Assembly: GCA_965652295.1 (NCBI GenBank)
Contig: CBFGTS010000011.1
Coordinates: 1-64,000 of the forward strand
Length of the DNA stretch: 64,000 nucleotides
From: an uncultured Haloferula sp.
Lineage (GTDB): Bacteria > Verrucomicrobiota > Verrucomicrobiia > Verrucomicrobiales > Akkermansiaceae
Direction: 5' to 3'
In this document: piece by piece, positions 1 to 10,453 of the stretch
How the letters are laid out: each line of letters starts with the position of its first letter
Position numbering within the stretch: position 1 is the first letter of the stretch
Notes under the pieces: model-generated
Databases searched by the model: none
Told to the model about the DNA's origin: nothing
Seen by the model: the letters and a program-made list of their open reading frames with translations, nothing else
Made by a program: the position numbers and the translations under genes

Positions 1-81
<81 letters not shown>

Positions 82-85
82 GGAA

Positions 86-159
86 TCCCGCGCCGCGGTT
101 GGCAATGAACACCCCGGCTTGCCTCTGGGGGGAAAGAAGTCGAGGGCCGCGGCGCGGGA
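86..159 (+). other. Long hairpin containing CTGGGGGG (possible structured RNA element)
   Basis: 13-bp perfect IR TCCCGCGCCGCGG (86-98)/CCGCGGCGCGGGA (147-159), extendable by TTGGC/GTCGA with G-U pairs on the + strand. Confidence 0.5.
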
Positions 160-300
160 AAGGGAGGAGGCATTATTTAAGATTGCTTAATGATTGGATC
201 CGGCGTTGGATGCGGGTGGATTGAGAAAAACGACGGGTGAAGCATGCGGGGGGCTGCGTGGTTTCACCAGTATAAAAAGCAACTTCAATCGTAATTCACG

Positions 301-1137
301 ATGGGTAACGAGACGAGCATGGAGAATTGGGCGGCGCGGGAGCGGCTGCGGTTGATCGAGAGCGCGGTGTGGTGGCGCGGGTGGATCGGTCGGCCGGATC
401 TGGCGGCGATGTTCGGGATCTCGGCGGCGCAGGCTTCGAGTGATCTCCAGAAATATCAGGAGCTGAACCCGGGAGCGTTGGTCTATCAGATGAGCCGCAA
501 GCGCTACGAGGGCGCGGAGGGGATGCGCTGTGTGCTGCACGAGCCGCGGCTGGAGGAGGCGATGGCGTCGTTTCTCGGCGAGGGGGGAATGACGGGTTCG
601 CTCGGCGGGGTCCGCAGCGGCGGGGCGGTGGAGGTGGTGCGGCCGCCGCGTCGCCCGGTGGCCGCCGAGGTGGAGCGCCGGGTGTTCCTGGCGGTGTGCG
701 GCGGGCTGCGGCTGGAGGTGAAGTATCACAGCGTGCGCAGCGGCACGGCAGCGGTGCGGATGATCGTGCCGCGCGCTTTCGGCCACGATGGCCTGCGCTG
801 GCACGTGCGGGCGTGGTGCGCGAAGAACGAGGGTTGGCAGGATTTCGTGCTCGGCCGGATTTCCAAGGCGGCGTGGCCGGAGGGCGTGAAGGAGGAGCCG
901 CCGAGGGACGAGGATTGGGAGACGTTCGAGACTCTGGAGTATCGGATCAATCCGCAGCTATCGGAGGAAAGGCGGGCGGCGCTGGCGATGGATTACGGGG
1001 TGGGCAAGAAGGGCGTGCTGAAGATGAAGTGTCGCCGGGCGATGCGGCAGTATGTAGAGGCGATGCTGCGGGTGCCGGTGGATGCGAAACGGCTGCCGGG
1101 GCATTTCGTGCCGGCCTCGGGCGGGAGGGGCGGGTGA
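301..1137 (+). CDS. WYL-domain transcriptional regulator, CapW/BrxR type (wHTH-WYL-WCX)
   Basis: N-terminal RxDL..FGISxxQASxDLxxY winged helix; WYL core PRAFGHDGLRWHVRAWC...DFVLGRI; C-terminal INPQLS...MDYG. Start may be 319. Confidence 0.9.
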   Translation: MGNETSMENWAARERLRLIESAVWWRGWIGRPDLAAMFGISAAQASSDLQKYQELNPGALVYQMSRKRYEGAEGMRCVLHEPRLEEAMASFLGEGGMTGSLGGVRSGGAVEVVRPPRRPVAAEVERRVFLAVCGGLRLEVKYHSVRSGTAAVRMIVPRAFGHDGLRWHVRAWCAKNEGWQDFVLGRISKAAWPEGVKEEPPRDEDWETFETLEYRINPQLSEERRAALAMDYGVGKKGVLKMKCRRAMRQYVEAMLRVPVDAKRLPGHFVPASGGRGG

Positions 1138-1200
1138 CGAGGGAAAAGGGGAAAAGGAGAAAGGAAAAAGTGGCGGGGGTGATCGGCAGGGCGATCAAGC
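1129..1200. repeat. ~70-bp purine-rich repeat, inverted copy at 3087-3149
   Basis: GGCGGGTGACGAG...GGAGAAAGGAAAAAGTGGCG...AGGGCGATCAAGC matches the reverse complement of 3087-3149; contains the WYL stop codon. Confidence 0.85.
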
Positions 1201-1540
1201 TTGGGAAGGGTTGGGCGAACGCCCGGCAGGAGTGGCGAGTGATGAGGAAAAAGTGGCGGGGTGATCCGTGGGCAACCAAGCCCGGGAGGGGGTGGGCGGG
1301 CACCCGGGAATTTGAGATCAGGATGGATAGGATTTGGGGGATGAATGGGATGGTGGTTGAAAAGGGGGCGCGGATTTGAGCTGCGAGCCGTCAGGTCCTA
1401 AACCCTTACCCTGGGTCATCAAGCCAGGGAGAATGATGGGCATCATGTAGTGCCCCCTTCCGATTTTCCCGGCAGAACGCGGATGCAGGTATCCAGGTCC
1501 GAAGCTGCCTTTTTCCATCACCGAGGGACGGAGAGTTACG

Positions 1541-1672
1541 GAGATCACGGAGAAAGGCAGGATGAGAGATTTTCCGGCTCCATGGCCTCCGTCTTCCTCA
1601 GTGCCTCCGTGCCCGGAAGAATGCCTGTCCCACCGGGAACCACCTCGAAGCATTTGGACGACCGGTGAATGG
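1541..1672. repeat. ~130-bp direct repeat, copy 1 (copy 2 at 3197-3332)
   Basis: TCACGGAGAAAGGCAGGATGAGAG...GTGCCCGGAAGAATGCCTGTCC...TGAATGG aligns by eye at roughly 90% identity. Confidence 0.9.
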
Positions 1673-1814
1673 AACCCATTGGCGTTCATCCCCTGCATCC
1701 GTGGTTCTTTCCCGCCCTAACTTGATCACCCTGGTGTGAGCGGTGGCTTTCTTTGGATACGAAAAACGCCCGGCCGCAGGTGCGGACGGGCGGGAGTTGG
1801 TAGGGAAGAGGGGA

Positions 1815-1837
1815 AGCGGCTTGAAAAGCCGCTCTCC
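1815..1837 (-). repeat. REP-like hairpin family A directly after the leuB stop
   Basis: Minus strand reads TAA-GGAG-AGCGGCTT-TTC-AAGCCGCT. Confidence 0.7.
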
Positions 1838-2953
<1,116 letters not shown>

Positions 2954-3086
2954 CTAATGGACGGGGAAAAACTGAAAAGCGGAAAAACCGGGAAGATGGA
3001 GCAGGGTGATCAAGCTCCAGAGGAAAATGGACCAGGATAAATAGGATCCAAAGGATGGGCAGGATACCGATCCAGGCAGGATTGGG

Positions 3087-3149
3087 GCTTGATCGCCCTA
3101 TCGCTCACCTCGCCACTTTTTCCTTTCTCCTTTTTCCTCGTCACCCGCC
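3087..3149. repeat. Inverted copy of the 1129-1200 repeat
   Basis: Direct sequence comparison. Confidence 0.85.
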
Positions 3150-3196
3150 GCGCCTGCCGGGGTGCTCGTCCATCCATCCCGAGCGTGATCGCCTTG

Positions 3197-3332
3197 GAGA
3201 TTCACGGAGAAAGGCAGGATGAGAGGTTTCCCGGCTCCGTGGCCTCCGTCTTCCTCAGTGCCTTCGTGCCCGGAAGAATGCCTGTCCAACCGGTAACCAC
3301 CTCAAAGCGTTTGGGCGACGATCGCTGAATGG
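3197..3332. repeat. ~130-bp direct repeat, copy 2
   Basis: Direct sequence comparison with 1541-1672. Confidence 0.9.
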
Positions 3333-3459
3333 GGCCCTCCCTTCAAAGTGAACGAAGAAGGGTGCCGATTTCATAATCAGCGCTCCGTGGCTCCTCGGGT
3401 GGAAACCGGGGAGTGGATTTCCAGTTGGCATCGGGGCGGGGTGAGGCAGGGTCTCGCCC

Positions 3460-4443
3460 GTGGAAATTCTCGTGAATCTCGGATGGCTGGCGCTGGGGCT
3501 GACTTTGCTCTCGATCGGTGCGGATTGGTTGGTCAAGGGGGCGTCGGAACTGGCGCTGCGGGCGGGGATCACGCCCTTGGTGATCGGGCTGACGGTGGTG
3601 GCCTTCGGCACCAGCGCGCCGGAGCTGCTGGTGAGTTTGCAGGCGAACCTGAACCCGAATACGCAGGCGGACATCGCGGTGGGCAACGTGGTGGGTTCGA
3701 ACATTTGCAACATCGCCCTGCTGCTGGGACTTGCGGCGCTGATCCGGCCGTTGACCGTCGGCAGCCAGGTGGTGAAACGGGAAATCCCGATCCTGCTGGG
3801 GGTGACGGCGATTTTCATGGCGATGATCTGGAACGGTCGCTTGGAGCTGTGGGAAGGATGGCTGCTGGTGGCGGGGATCGTGGCCTATGTGATCACCAGC
3901 GTGCGGTTGGCGCGGCGGCATCCGGGGGATTTCCATGTGGATCTGCCGGAGGACGTGGTGCAGGAGTCGCGCGGGCCGGCGTGGAAGAGCGTCGCCTGGG
4001 TGCTGATCGGCCTGGGCGGGTTGGTGATCGGCGCGGATCGGCTGGTTTTCGGCGGGGTGGCGATCGCTCAGAAATTCGGCGTGCCGGAGGTGGTGATCGG
4101 GTTGACGCTGGTGGCGGTGGGCACCTCGCTGCCGGAGCTGGCGACGACGATCGCGGCGGCGCGGCGGAACGAGACGGACATCATCGCGGGCAACATCATC
4201 GGCTCGAACCTTTTCAATATCATGGCCGTGATGGGCCTGGCGTCGGCGATCAAGCCGATCGAGGTGGAAACGCTGAATCGCCTCGACCTGTGGGTGATGG
4301 GTGGTTTCACCCTGGTGCTGGTGCCGTTTCTCGCCCGGCGCGCGCGGATCAACCGGATCGAGGGCGCGTTGCTGATGATGGGCTATTTCACCTACTGCAC
4401 CTGGCTGGTGAAGCCGGAGTGGTTTGTGGGCGGGCTCGGTTAG
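3460..4443 (+). CDS. Calcium/sodium antiporter (CaCA family, YrbG-like)
   Basis: Two alpha-repeats GTSAPE/GTSLPE with GNVVGSN/GNIIGSN; ~10 TM helices. Confidence 0.95.
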   Translation: MEILVNLGWLALGLTLLSIGADWLVKGASELALRAGITPLVIGLTVVAFGTSAPELLVSLQANLNPNTQADIAVGNVVGSNICNIALLLGLAALIRPLTVGSQVVKREIPILLGVTAIFMAMIWNGRLELWEGWLLVAGIVAYVITSVRLARRHPGDFHVDLPEDVVQESRGPAWKSVAWVLIGLGGLVIGADRLVFGGVAIAQKFGVPEVVIGLTLVAVGTSLPELATTIAAARRNETDIIAGNIIGSNLFNIMAVMGLASAIKPIEVETLNRLDLWVMGGFTLVLVPFLARRARINRIEGALLMMGYFTYCTWLVKPEWFVGGLG

Positions 4444-5759
4444 GGTGCCTCGATCTGGAAGGCGTGGAGGAAGGAAACGACGTCGAGGTTGGGCGCCACG
4501 GTCCATGCCGAGCCATCGCTCCACCCAGAGGCGTTCTCGCGGAAATCGAGAGTCAGGGAGTGCTTGGTTCTGCCTGCGGGGCCACCGGCAGAGTCCAACT
4601 CGAACGTGAGATTGAGAAGTGGCATGTAGAATGCCTGGGAAGCGCCGCTGGTGAAATCGCCGGTGGCGGGTGCGGCGTCGGTGGCGCTGAATGCGGCAAG
4701 AACTCCGGAGTGTCCATCGCTGTCCGCCCAGGTCCCTCCGCCCGATTCGTTGGGCTGAAGGGTGAGGGTCTTTCCCGAGCGGGCGGTGAAAGTCAGGGTG
4801 CTGCCGGTTCCCAGAATGGAAGGGGCCGGGTTCTGCAGAAACGAGAAGTCCACGGCTGCCATCCGCGCGAAAAAGCGGTCGAAGGTCACGCCGGTGACCG
4901 TGAAGGCATGGTCCGGCTCGTGATCCAGGCTCAGAATATTGCGCGCTCCGGAGAGGATGCTCCAGCTTCCAAGATCGAGTGAATGGCTGAAGAGGTAATC
5001 GTGCCCGGCCTTCCTCTCAAAGGTCGTGGTGAAGGACGAGGCCTGGCTGTCTCTTGAAGCCGCGGGCCGGATGCCGGAAACGGTCGGGAGTTCCAGAGCG
5101 GGATCGTGGATGTCGAAGCCGGCCAAGGACGGCCCGCTGATGGTGACGGAATCGAGAACGATGTCGGTGATGGGCTTGTCGGCGTAGCTGGAATCGGAAG
5201 GAGGAGCACCGGCGACCGAGCGATCTGTGGGAAAATTGGCCTTGCTGGTGAAGCCATCGATGATCCCGAGTCCGTCGATCACCTCTCCGAAGACCGAGTG
5301 CTTGTCATCCAGATGCGGAGTCGCGACGAGGGTGATGAAAAACTGGGCGTTTCCGGTGCCGGGAGACGAGGCCTTCGCCATTGAGAGCATGTAGCGCCCC
5401 GAGTGGCGGAGATCCGCATGGAACTCGTCCTGGATGTTGAGCCCGGAGCCGGCGCTGCCAATGCCATCGGACGAGCCTCCCTGAATCATGAAGTTGTGGA
5501 TGAGGCGGTGAAAAATACGGCCATCATAGTAGGGAGTGTTTTCCATGACGCCGTTGGTCGTCACGTCGATCCACGGGCGCTCTCCGGTGGCGAGGCCAAC
5601 GAAGTTGGCGCAGGTGCGGGGGGCCTTGTCGAAATCAAGGCGGGCACGGAAGGTGCCGAGGCTGGAGCCGCCGGAGGAGACGGTGAAATCCGCGTAGATC
5701 TGGGCGGAGGCGGACCCGGTGACGAGGAAGAGGAGGCAGGCGGCGATGGCGGATCTCAC
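4440..5759 (-). CDS. Secreted cyclophilin-type peptidyl-prolyl isomerase with large C-terminal extension
   Basis: Signal peptide (..SASAQ); APRTCANF, FHRLIHNFMIQGG, QFFIT, HLDDKHSVFG; GTG start at 5759 inferred. Confidence 0.9.
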   Translation of the reverse strand: MRSAIAACLLFLVTGSASAQIYADFTVSSGGSSLGTFRARLDFDKAPRTCANFVGLATGERPWIDVTTNGVMENTPYYDGRIFHRLIHNFMIQGGSSDGIGSAGSGLNIQDEFHADLRHSGRYMLSMAKASSPGTGNAQFFITLVATPHLDDKHSVFGEVIDGLGIIDGFTSKANFPTDRSVAGAPPSDSSYADKPITDIVLDSVTISGPSLAGFDIHDPALELPTVSGIRPAASRDSQASSFTTTFERKAGHDYLFSHSLDLGSWSILSGARNILSLDHEPDHAFTVTGVTFDRFFARMAAVDFSFLQNPAPSILGTGSTLTFTARSGKTLTLQPNESGGGTWADSDGHSGVLAAFSATDAAPATGDFTSGASQAFYMPLLNLTFELDSAGGPAGRTKHSLTLDFRENASGWSDGSAWTVAPNLDVVSFLHAFQIEAP

Positions 5760-5841
5760 GCGTGGGAGACAAACCAAGACCGGGCGGAGCGGCAAGCCGT
5801 GATCGGCTGGGCGGATGAAATCCGCCGCCACGCGGTGGCCT

Positions 5842-7227
5842 CTAGACCGGGTCGGGCGCGGGGAGGTCGGGCTCGTCGGGGTCGGGCGAGTCGGACGGCG
5901 GGTTCTTGAGCGTTTTTTCCCAGATGTAACGGCGGAAGAGGACCTTGATCGAGGCGGTGAGCGGAACGGCGAGCAGGGCACCAACGAAACCGCCGAGGAT
6001 GATCGACCAGAAGATCATCGAGAAAATGACGGTCATCGGGTGGAGCCCGACGGAGTCACCGACGATCTTCGGCGCGGTGAACATCGAGTTGACCTGCTGG
6101 GCGAGGAAGAAGATGGCGCAGACGGCCCCGACGTTGGCCCACGGGTTGCCGCCGACGATGGAAGCGTGGCTGGGGTCGGCATAGTGGAACCAGGCGAGGA
6201 AGCAGGCGGGGATGAGGGTGATGATGTTTCCGACGAAGGGAATGATGCCGACGATCGCCATCATGACGCCGAACAGGATGCCGAGCGGCAACCCGAAGGC
6301 GGTGAGGCCGATGCCGATGAAGAGGCCGTCGATGAAGGCGACGAGGACCTGGCCGCGGAAGAACGAGATCATGTAGCCATTGATCTCGGTGAGGGTTTCC
6401 ACGACTTCGGTTTTGAAGCGGGAGGCTTTGAGCGGGACGTAATCGTGCCAATGCTCGCGGATCGAAGCGGAGTCCTTGAGGAAGAAGTAGAGGTAGATGG
6501 GCGTCATGACGAAGCCCAGGATGAGACCGATGAACCCGATGACCTTGCCGGTGCCTCCCTTGATCCAGCCCAGGGCGTCGTCGTTGAGGTCCTTCACGTA
6601 GGCCCAGAGCGAGGTTTGGTAGAAATCGATTTTCGGCAGGTCGGGTTCGTCCGCGTTTTCGCCGGCGGCGGCCTGGCGCTCGTCGGCGTAGTCATCGAGG
6701 CGCTCGGTGAGACCGGGCTGCGGCGCACCGGTGGCGCCGTTTTCCGGCGGAGCATCGGCCGGCGGGGTGAGCAGGGTATCGATGACCGGACGCGTCCAGC
6801 TGTAGTCGGTGCGGACCTTGATGAGATGGGCGACGATCTTCTGTTCGAAGGGGGCCTTGGCGGGGGCGGGGCCGTTGAGAATTTCCGCGGGAGCGGCGTT
6901 GGCGCGGAAGGCGTTGATCTGGTTTCCGACCATCGGGATGGTAATGGCGACGAGCAGCGCGCCGGCCACCAGGAATGCCCCGAAGGTGGCCATGACGGCG
7001 CGGATGCGGGACATGCCGCGTTTTTGAAACCAGCGGACGACCGGATCGAGCAGGTAGGCGATGATGCCGGCGACGGCGAGGGGGACGATGACCGCCTGGA
7101 GGAACCCGAGGGCCTTGCCGACGAGGAAGATGATGACGGCGAGGAGCAGGCCGAGAATGGCGATCGCGACGCCGGTAGCGGCGTTCCAAAGAGTGCGGAC
7201 TTGGAAAGGCGTGGGATGACGGCGCAT
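5842..7227 (-). CDS. AI-2E (PerM) family transporter
   Basis: IIAYLLDPVV, FFRGQ, PKIVGDSVGLHP, GFVGALLAVPLTA motifs. Confidence 0.92.
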   Translation of the reverse strand: MRRHPTPFQVRTLWNAATGVAIAILGLLLAVIIFLVGKALGFLQAVIVPLAVAGIIAYLLDPVVRWFQKRGMSRIRAVMATFGAFLVAGALLVAITIPMVGNQINAFRANAAPAEILNGPAPAKAPFEQKIVAHLIKVRTDYSWTRPVIDTLLTPPADAPPENGATGAPQPGLTERLDDYADERQAAAGENADEPDLPKIDFYQTSLWAYVKDLNDDALGWIKGGTGKVIGFIGLILGFVMTPIYLYFFLKDSASIREHWHDYVPLKASRFKTEVVETLTEINGYMISFFRGQVLVAFIDGLFIGIGLTAFGLPLGILFGVMMAIVGIIPFVGNIITLIPACFLAWFHYADPSHASIVGGNPWANVGAVCAIFFLAQQVNSMFTAPKIVGDSVGLHPMTVIFSMIFWSIILGGFVGALLAVPLTASIKVLFRRYIWEKTLKNPPSDSPDPDEPDLPAPDPV

Positions 7228-7299
7228 GGCTACGAGCCCTCTTCTAGCAGGGGATGGCTGCCCCGTGCATGGGAAAATTTCCGCGAACTTGGAGTTGGC

Positions 7300-8184
7300 T
7301 CAGCTCTTGGCGATCCGGTCGAGCACGCCGTTGACGAAGCGCGGCGAGTCAGTGGTGCCGAATTGGCGGGCAAGCTCGATGGCTTCGTTGATCGCCACCG
7401 GGGCTGGGACGCGTTCGTCGAAGCGGATTTCCCACGATGCCAACCGGAGGATGGCACGGTCGATCGGATCGACCCGCTCGGGCGCGAAGTTCTCGATGAC
7501 GTTCTGGAGCAGCCCGTCGATCTCCTCCTTTTTGGAAAGCACGGAGTCGATGAGCTGATCCACGGCTTCGCGCAGGCCGCGGAGCTCGGCGCGCGATTCG
7601 CGGATGCGGGTGAGTTCCGCGTGTTCGGGAAAAGCTTCGGGGGCTTCGATCATGCGCAACCGGGCGGAAACGCGATCGAGCCGTTTGATCGAGCCGAGCA
7701 CCGGTTCGAGCCGGGCACGCAGGGCCGGGAAATCGAGCAGCACGCGGGCGAGTTCGACGCGGGCGGCGACGAGTTCGCGGTTGACGAGGAACAGGCGCTC
7801 GAAGAGCGGGCTGAGTTGGTTGACCACCGCGTCGTCGTCACCCTCGACGGGCTGCCGGGCGAGCCGGGCGATGATTTCGTCCCACTCGCTTTCGAGGTCG
7901 GCGATCCGCTGGAGCTGGGCGGCGCTCGACTCGAGGTCGGGCTCGGCACGCAGGGTGGCGAGCGCGGCGGGGAGACGTTCGGCGAATTCGGCGCGGCGTT
8001 GCTCGCGGCCGATGTTGAGGTGCTGGATCGTCTTCCGCGTGGCCACGGCGATGGCGCGGCGGTCGGATTCCGTCACGAACTGCCAAAAGGCGTCGCGCAG
8101 GGAAGAGGGATCGCCCCCGCCTTCGAGATCGGCGCAGTAGAGGAACTGGATCGCCGTTTGTCGGATCTGTCGTCGACTGGGCAT
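7300..8184 (-). CDS. nusB: Transcription antitermination factor NusB with large internal helical insertion
   Basis: N-terminal RRxxR..AIQFLY; C-terminal IDRAILRLA..EI, VAINEAIELARQFG, FVNGVLD; directly downstream of ribH (conserved synteny). Confidence 0.93.
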   Translation of the reverse strand: MPSRRQIRQTAIQFLYCADLEGGGDPSSLRDAFWQFVTESDRRAIAVATRKTIQHLNIGREQRRAEFAERLPAALATLRAEPDLESSAAQLQRIADLESEWDEIIARLARQPVEGDDDAVVNQLSPLFERLFLVNRELVAARVELARVLLDFPALRARLEPVLGSIKRLDRVSARLRMIEAPEAFPEHAELTRIRESRAELRGLREAVDQLIDSVLSKKEEIDGLLQNVIENFAPERVDPIDRAILRLASWEIRFDERVPAPVAINEAIELARQFGTTDSPRFVNGVLDRIAKS

Positions 8185-8678
8185 CAGCGGGATCCGAGCG
8201 GCATGCTGCGGTTGATTTCCTGAAAGACGTCGACCATGGCGGCGGCGGCGCGCGCGGCTTCACGACCGCGGTTGAGGTTCGCGCCGATGCAGCGGGCGTA
8301 GGCTTGTTTCTCGTCCTCGACGAGCAGGACCTCGTTGATCACCGGCACCTGATGATTCACGGCGAGCTGCTGGAGGCTTTCGACCGTCGAACCGGCGACG
8401 AGGTCGGCGTGGGCGGTGGCTCCCTTGATGATGACGCCCAGTGCGATGAGCGCCGCGGGGCTTTCCCGGTTCAGGACGGCCGCGGCGACCACCGGGATTT
8501 CAAAGGCCCCGGGCACGCGGATCACGTCGACGCGGGTGTTGGGCATCAGCTCGCCCAGCTCGGCGATGGTGTTCTCCACCAACGCGTCGGCGAATTGCTC
8601 GTTGTAGCGGGAGGCGACGATGCACACGCGCGTGCGCGGGCCGATGATGCGTGGCTTGGGCGGGAGCGCCGTGGACAT
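8184..8678 (-). CDS. ribH: 6,7-dimethyl-8-ribityllumazine synthase
   Basis: IVASRYN, VPGAFEIP, IALGVIIKGATAH motifs. Confidence 0.96.
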   Translation of the reverse strand: MSTALPPKPRIIGPRTRVCIVASRYNEQFADALVENTIAELGELMPNTRVDVIRVPGAFEIPVVAAAVLNRESPAALIALGVIIKGATAHADLVAGSTVESLQQLAVNHQVPVINEVLLVEDEKQAYARCIGANLNRGREAARAAAAMVDVFQEINRSMPLGSR

Positions 8679-8729
8679 GGGGCTGCTATGGGTGGACGAC
8701 GGAGAAATGTCAACGAAGCGGACCGTGTG

Positions 8730-9539
8730 TCACGAGGAAGCCGTCTTGACCAGCAGTCCGCGGTCCCGCGCCACGGCCAGCGTGCGGGAGAAAAGGAACC
8801 CGGAAAGGGCGAGGTAGAAGAGGTTGAGCCCGCCGGCGAGCGCGAGGTTCCGCATGTCGATCGTGCCGCTGGCGATCATCGATCGCATGCCCTCGAAAAT
8901 ATGCGCCGGCGGCAGGGCCAGGGCCACGGCCTGCATCCAGCCGGGCAGCACGGACACGTCGTAGAACACGCAGGCGAAGGGTTGGACCATGAAGGGAATG
9001 GCCCAGGCGAGCGACTCGACGCCGTGCCCCCAGCGCAGGACCAACGCGGTGGATACAATCCCCAGCGACCAGCCGAACATCATCAGGTTCGCGTAGAAGA
9101 CGAAGAGCATCCACTGGAACTGGAACAGGTTGAAGGCGTAGACGCTGGCGGCGATGGCGGCGAGCACCAGCCCGGTGATGAGCACCCGCAGGATGCCGAC
9201 GACGAAGGTGGCCGCCAGGTATTCCGTCATGCGGATGGGCGCGGCGAAGACGTTGAGCAGGTTCCGCGTCCAGACGTCCTCAAGGAAGGAGATCGCCACG
9301 CCCTGCTGGGAGCGGAACAGCGAGTCCCAGAGAATGATCGCGCCGATCAGGAAGGTGATCACCCGCGCGAAATCCGTTTTCGTTCCCGCGGCCTGTTGCT
9401 GGAGGTAGACGGTGACGAATCCCCAGACGAGGAGCTGGACGATCGGCCAGAAGAACAGCTCGATGGCGCGGACCGGATTGCGGGTGTAAAGCAGCACCTG
9501 CCGGGTCACCAGGGCGTGGATGGTGGAAGCGCGGAACAT
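8730..9539 (-). CDS. ABC-2 type transporter permease
   Basis: 6 TM; FLEDVWTRNLLNVFAAP and ALPPAHIFEGMR motifs; ATG at 9539. Confidence 0.88.
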   Translation of the reverse strand: MFRASTIHALVTRQVLLYTRNPVRAIELFFWPIVQLLVWGFVTVYLQQQAAGTKTDFARVITFLIGAIILWDSLFRSQQGVAISFLEDVWTRNLLNVFAAPIRMTEYLAATFVVGILRVLITGLVLAAIAASVYAFNLFQFQWMLFVFYANLMMFGWSLGIVSTALVLRWGHGVESLAWAIPFMVQPFACVFYDVSVLPGWMQAVALALPPAHIFEGMRSMIASGTIDMRNLALAGGLNLFYLALSGFLFSRTLAVARDRGLLVKTASS

Positions 9540-9664
9540 CGGGCGTGAAGCTGGCGGAGGATGTGACGAGTGGCGACTGGAAATCGACGGTGGACTCGCA
9601 CCCAACAATCAGGTTGCGTTCCGGCGAATTGAGGGGAAAGCTGCGTCAACTCCCTAACAGGATC

Positions 9665-10063
9665 ATGCTCAAAGAATTCAAGCAGTTCGCCTTCAAAGGC
9701 AACCTCGTGGACATGGCGGTGGGATTCATCCTCGGTGCCGGTTTCACGGCGGTGGTGAAATCCCTGGTCGACAATGTGATCATGCCGCCGCTGGGGATGC
9801 TCCTGGCGGGGATCAATTTCGCCAACATCAAGTGGGTGATCAAACCGGCGGAGGATGAAACGCCGGAGGTGGCGCTCCGCTTCGGCCAGTTCATCCAGGA
9901 CTTTCTTTCTTTCACCATCCTGGCCTTCGTCGTGTTCGTGGTGGTGAAGAAGGTGATCGAGGGCATGAAGAAGGAAGCCGAGAAGCCGGTGGAGGCGACG
10001 CCGGCTCCGTCACCGCAGGAGAAGCTGCTGATGGAAATTCGCGACCTCCTGAAGAAGGACTGA
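9665..10063 (+). CDS. mscL: Large-conductance mechanosensitive channel
   Basis: MLKEFKQFAFKGNLVDMAVG...EKLLMEIRDLL. Confidence 0.97.
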   Translation: MLKEFKQFAFKGNLVDMAVGFILGAGFTAVVKSLVDNVIMPPLGMLLAGINFANIKWVIKPAEDETPEVALRFGQFIQDFLSFTILAFVVFVVVKKVIEGMKKEAEKPVEATPAPSPQEKLLMEIRDLLKKD

Positions 10064-10075
10064 TTTTTCCGCCGG

Positions 10076-10453
10076 TCAAACCGGCAGCACGGCGATGCCG
10101 TAGTCGCCGAGAATCGTGTCCCGCGTCGCCAGCGTCAGGCTTTCGAGCCGGCACTGGGCGACCAGGGCACGGTCGAAAGGATCGCCATGCAGCGGCGGGA
10201 GACCGGTGGATGCCATGGCGTGTGCGGCGGTGAAGGCCAGCGGTTCGATACCCTGGGCCTGAAGGAGGGTGTGGAAGTCCAGCGGGAGTCGAAGCTTGCC
10301 TTTCGAAACCTTGAGACCCAGTTCCCAAACCGAAGCCGCACTGACGAAGACCAGGTTCGAGGGATCGGCGATCGCCTGCCGGGCACCGGGTTGGAGGCGG
10401 CTGGGATCGTCCATCCACCAAAGCAAGGCGTGGGAATCGAGGAGGATTCTCAT
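10076..10453 (-). CDS. vapC: Type II TA toxin, PIN domain (VapC family)
   Basis: LLDSHALLWW, SAASVWE, HGDPFDRALVAQ, LATRD. Confidence 0.93.
   Translation of the reverse strand: MRILLDSHALLWWMDDPSRLQPGARQAIADPSNLVFVSAASVWELGLKVSKGKLRLPLDFHTLLQAQGIEPLAFTAAHAMASTGLPPLHGDPFDRALVAQCRLESLTLATRDTILGDYGIAVLPV

Noticed and set aside
99..135. Fluoride riboswitch-like start (GGCAATGA...TTGCC)
   Set aside because: Spacing and the downstream pseudoknot/conserved segment do not fit, and the adjacent gene is not a fluoride-related gene.
1318..1698. Short ORFs with matching peptides at 1318-1698/1450-1668 and 3089-3328/3098-3289
   Set aside because: Similarity appears on both strands and is explained by the non-coding DNA repeat; no protein-like features.
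5815..8223. Long antisense ORFs (802 aa here; also 26431-28323, 35140-37221, 51890-54511)
   Set aside because: Shadow frames opposite well-supported genes, expected at high GC3.
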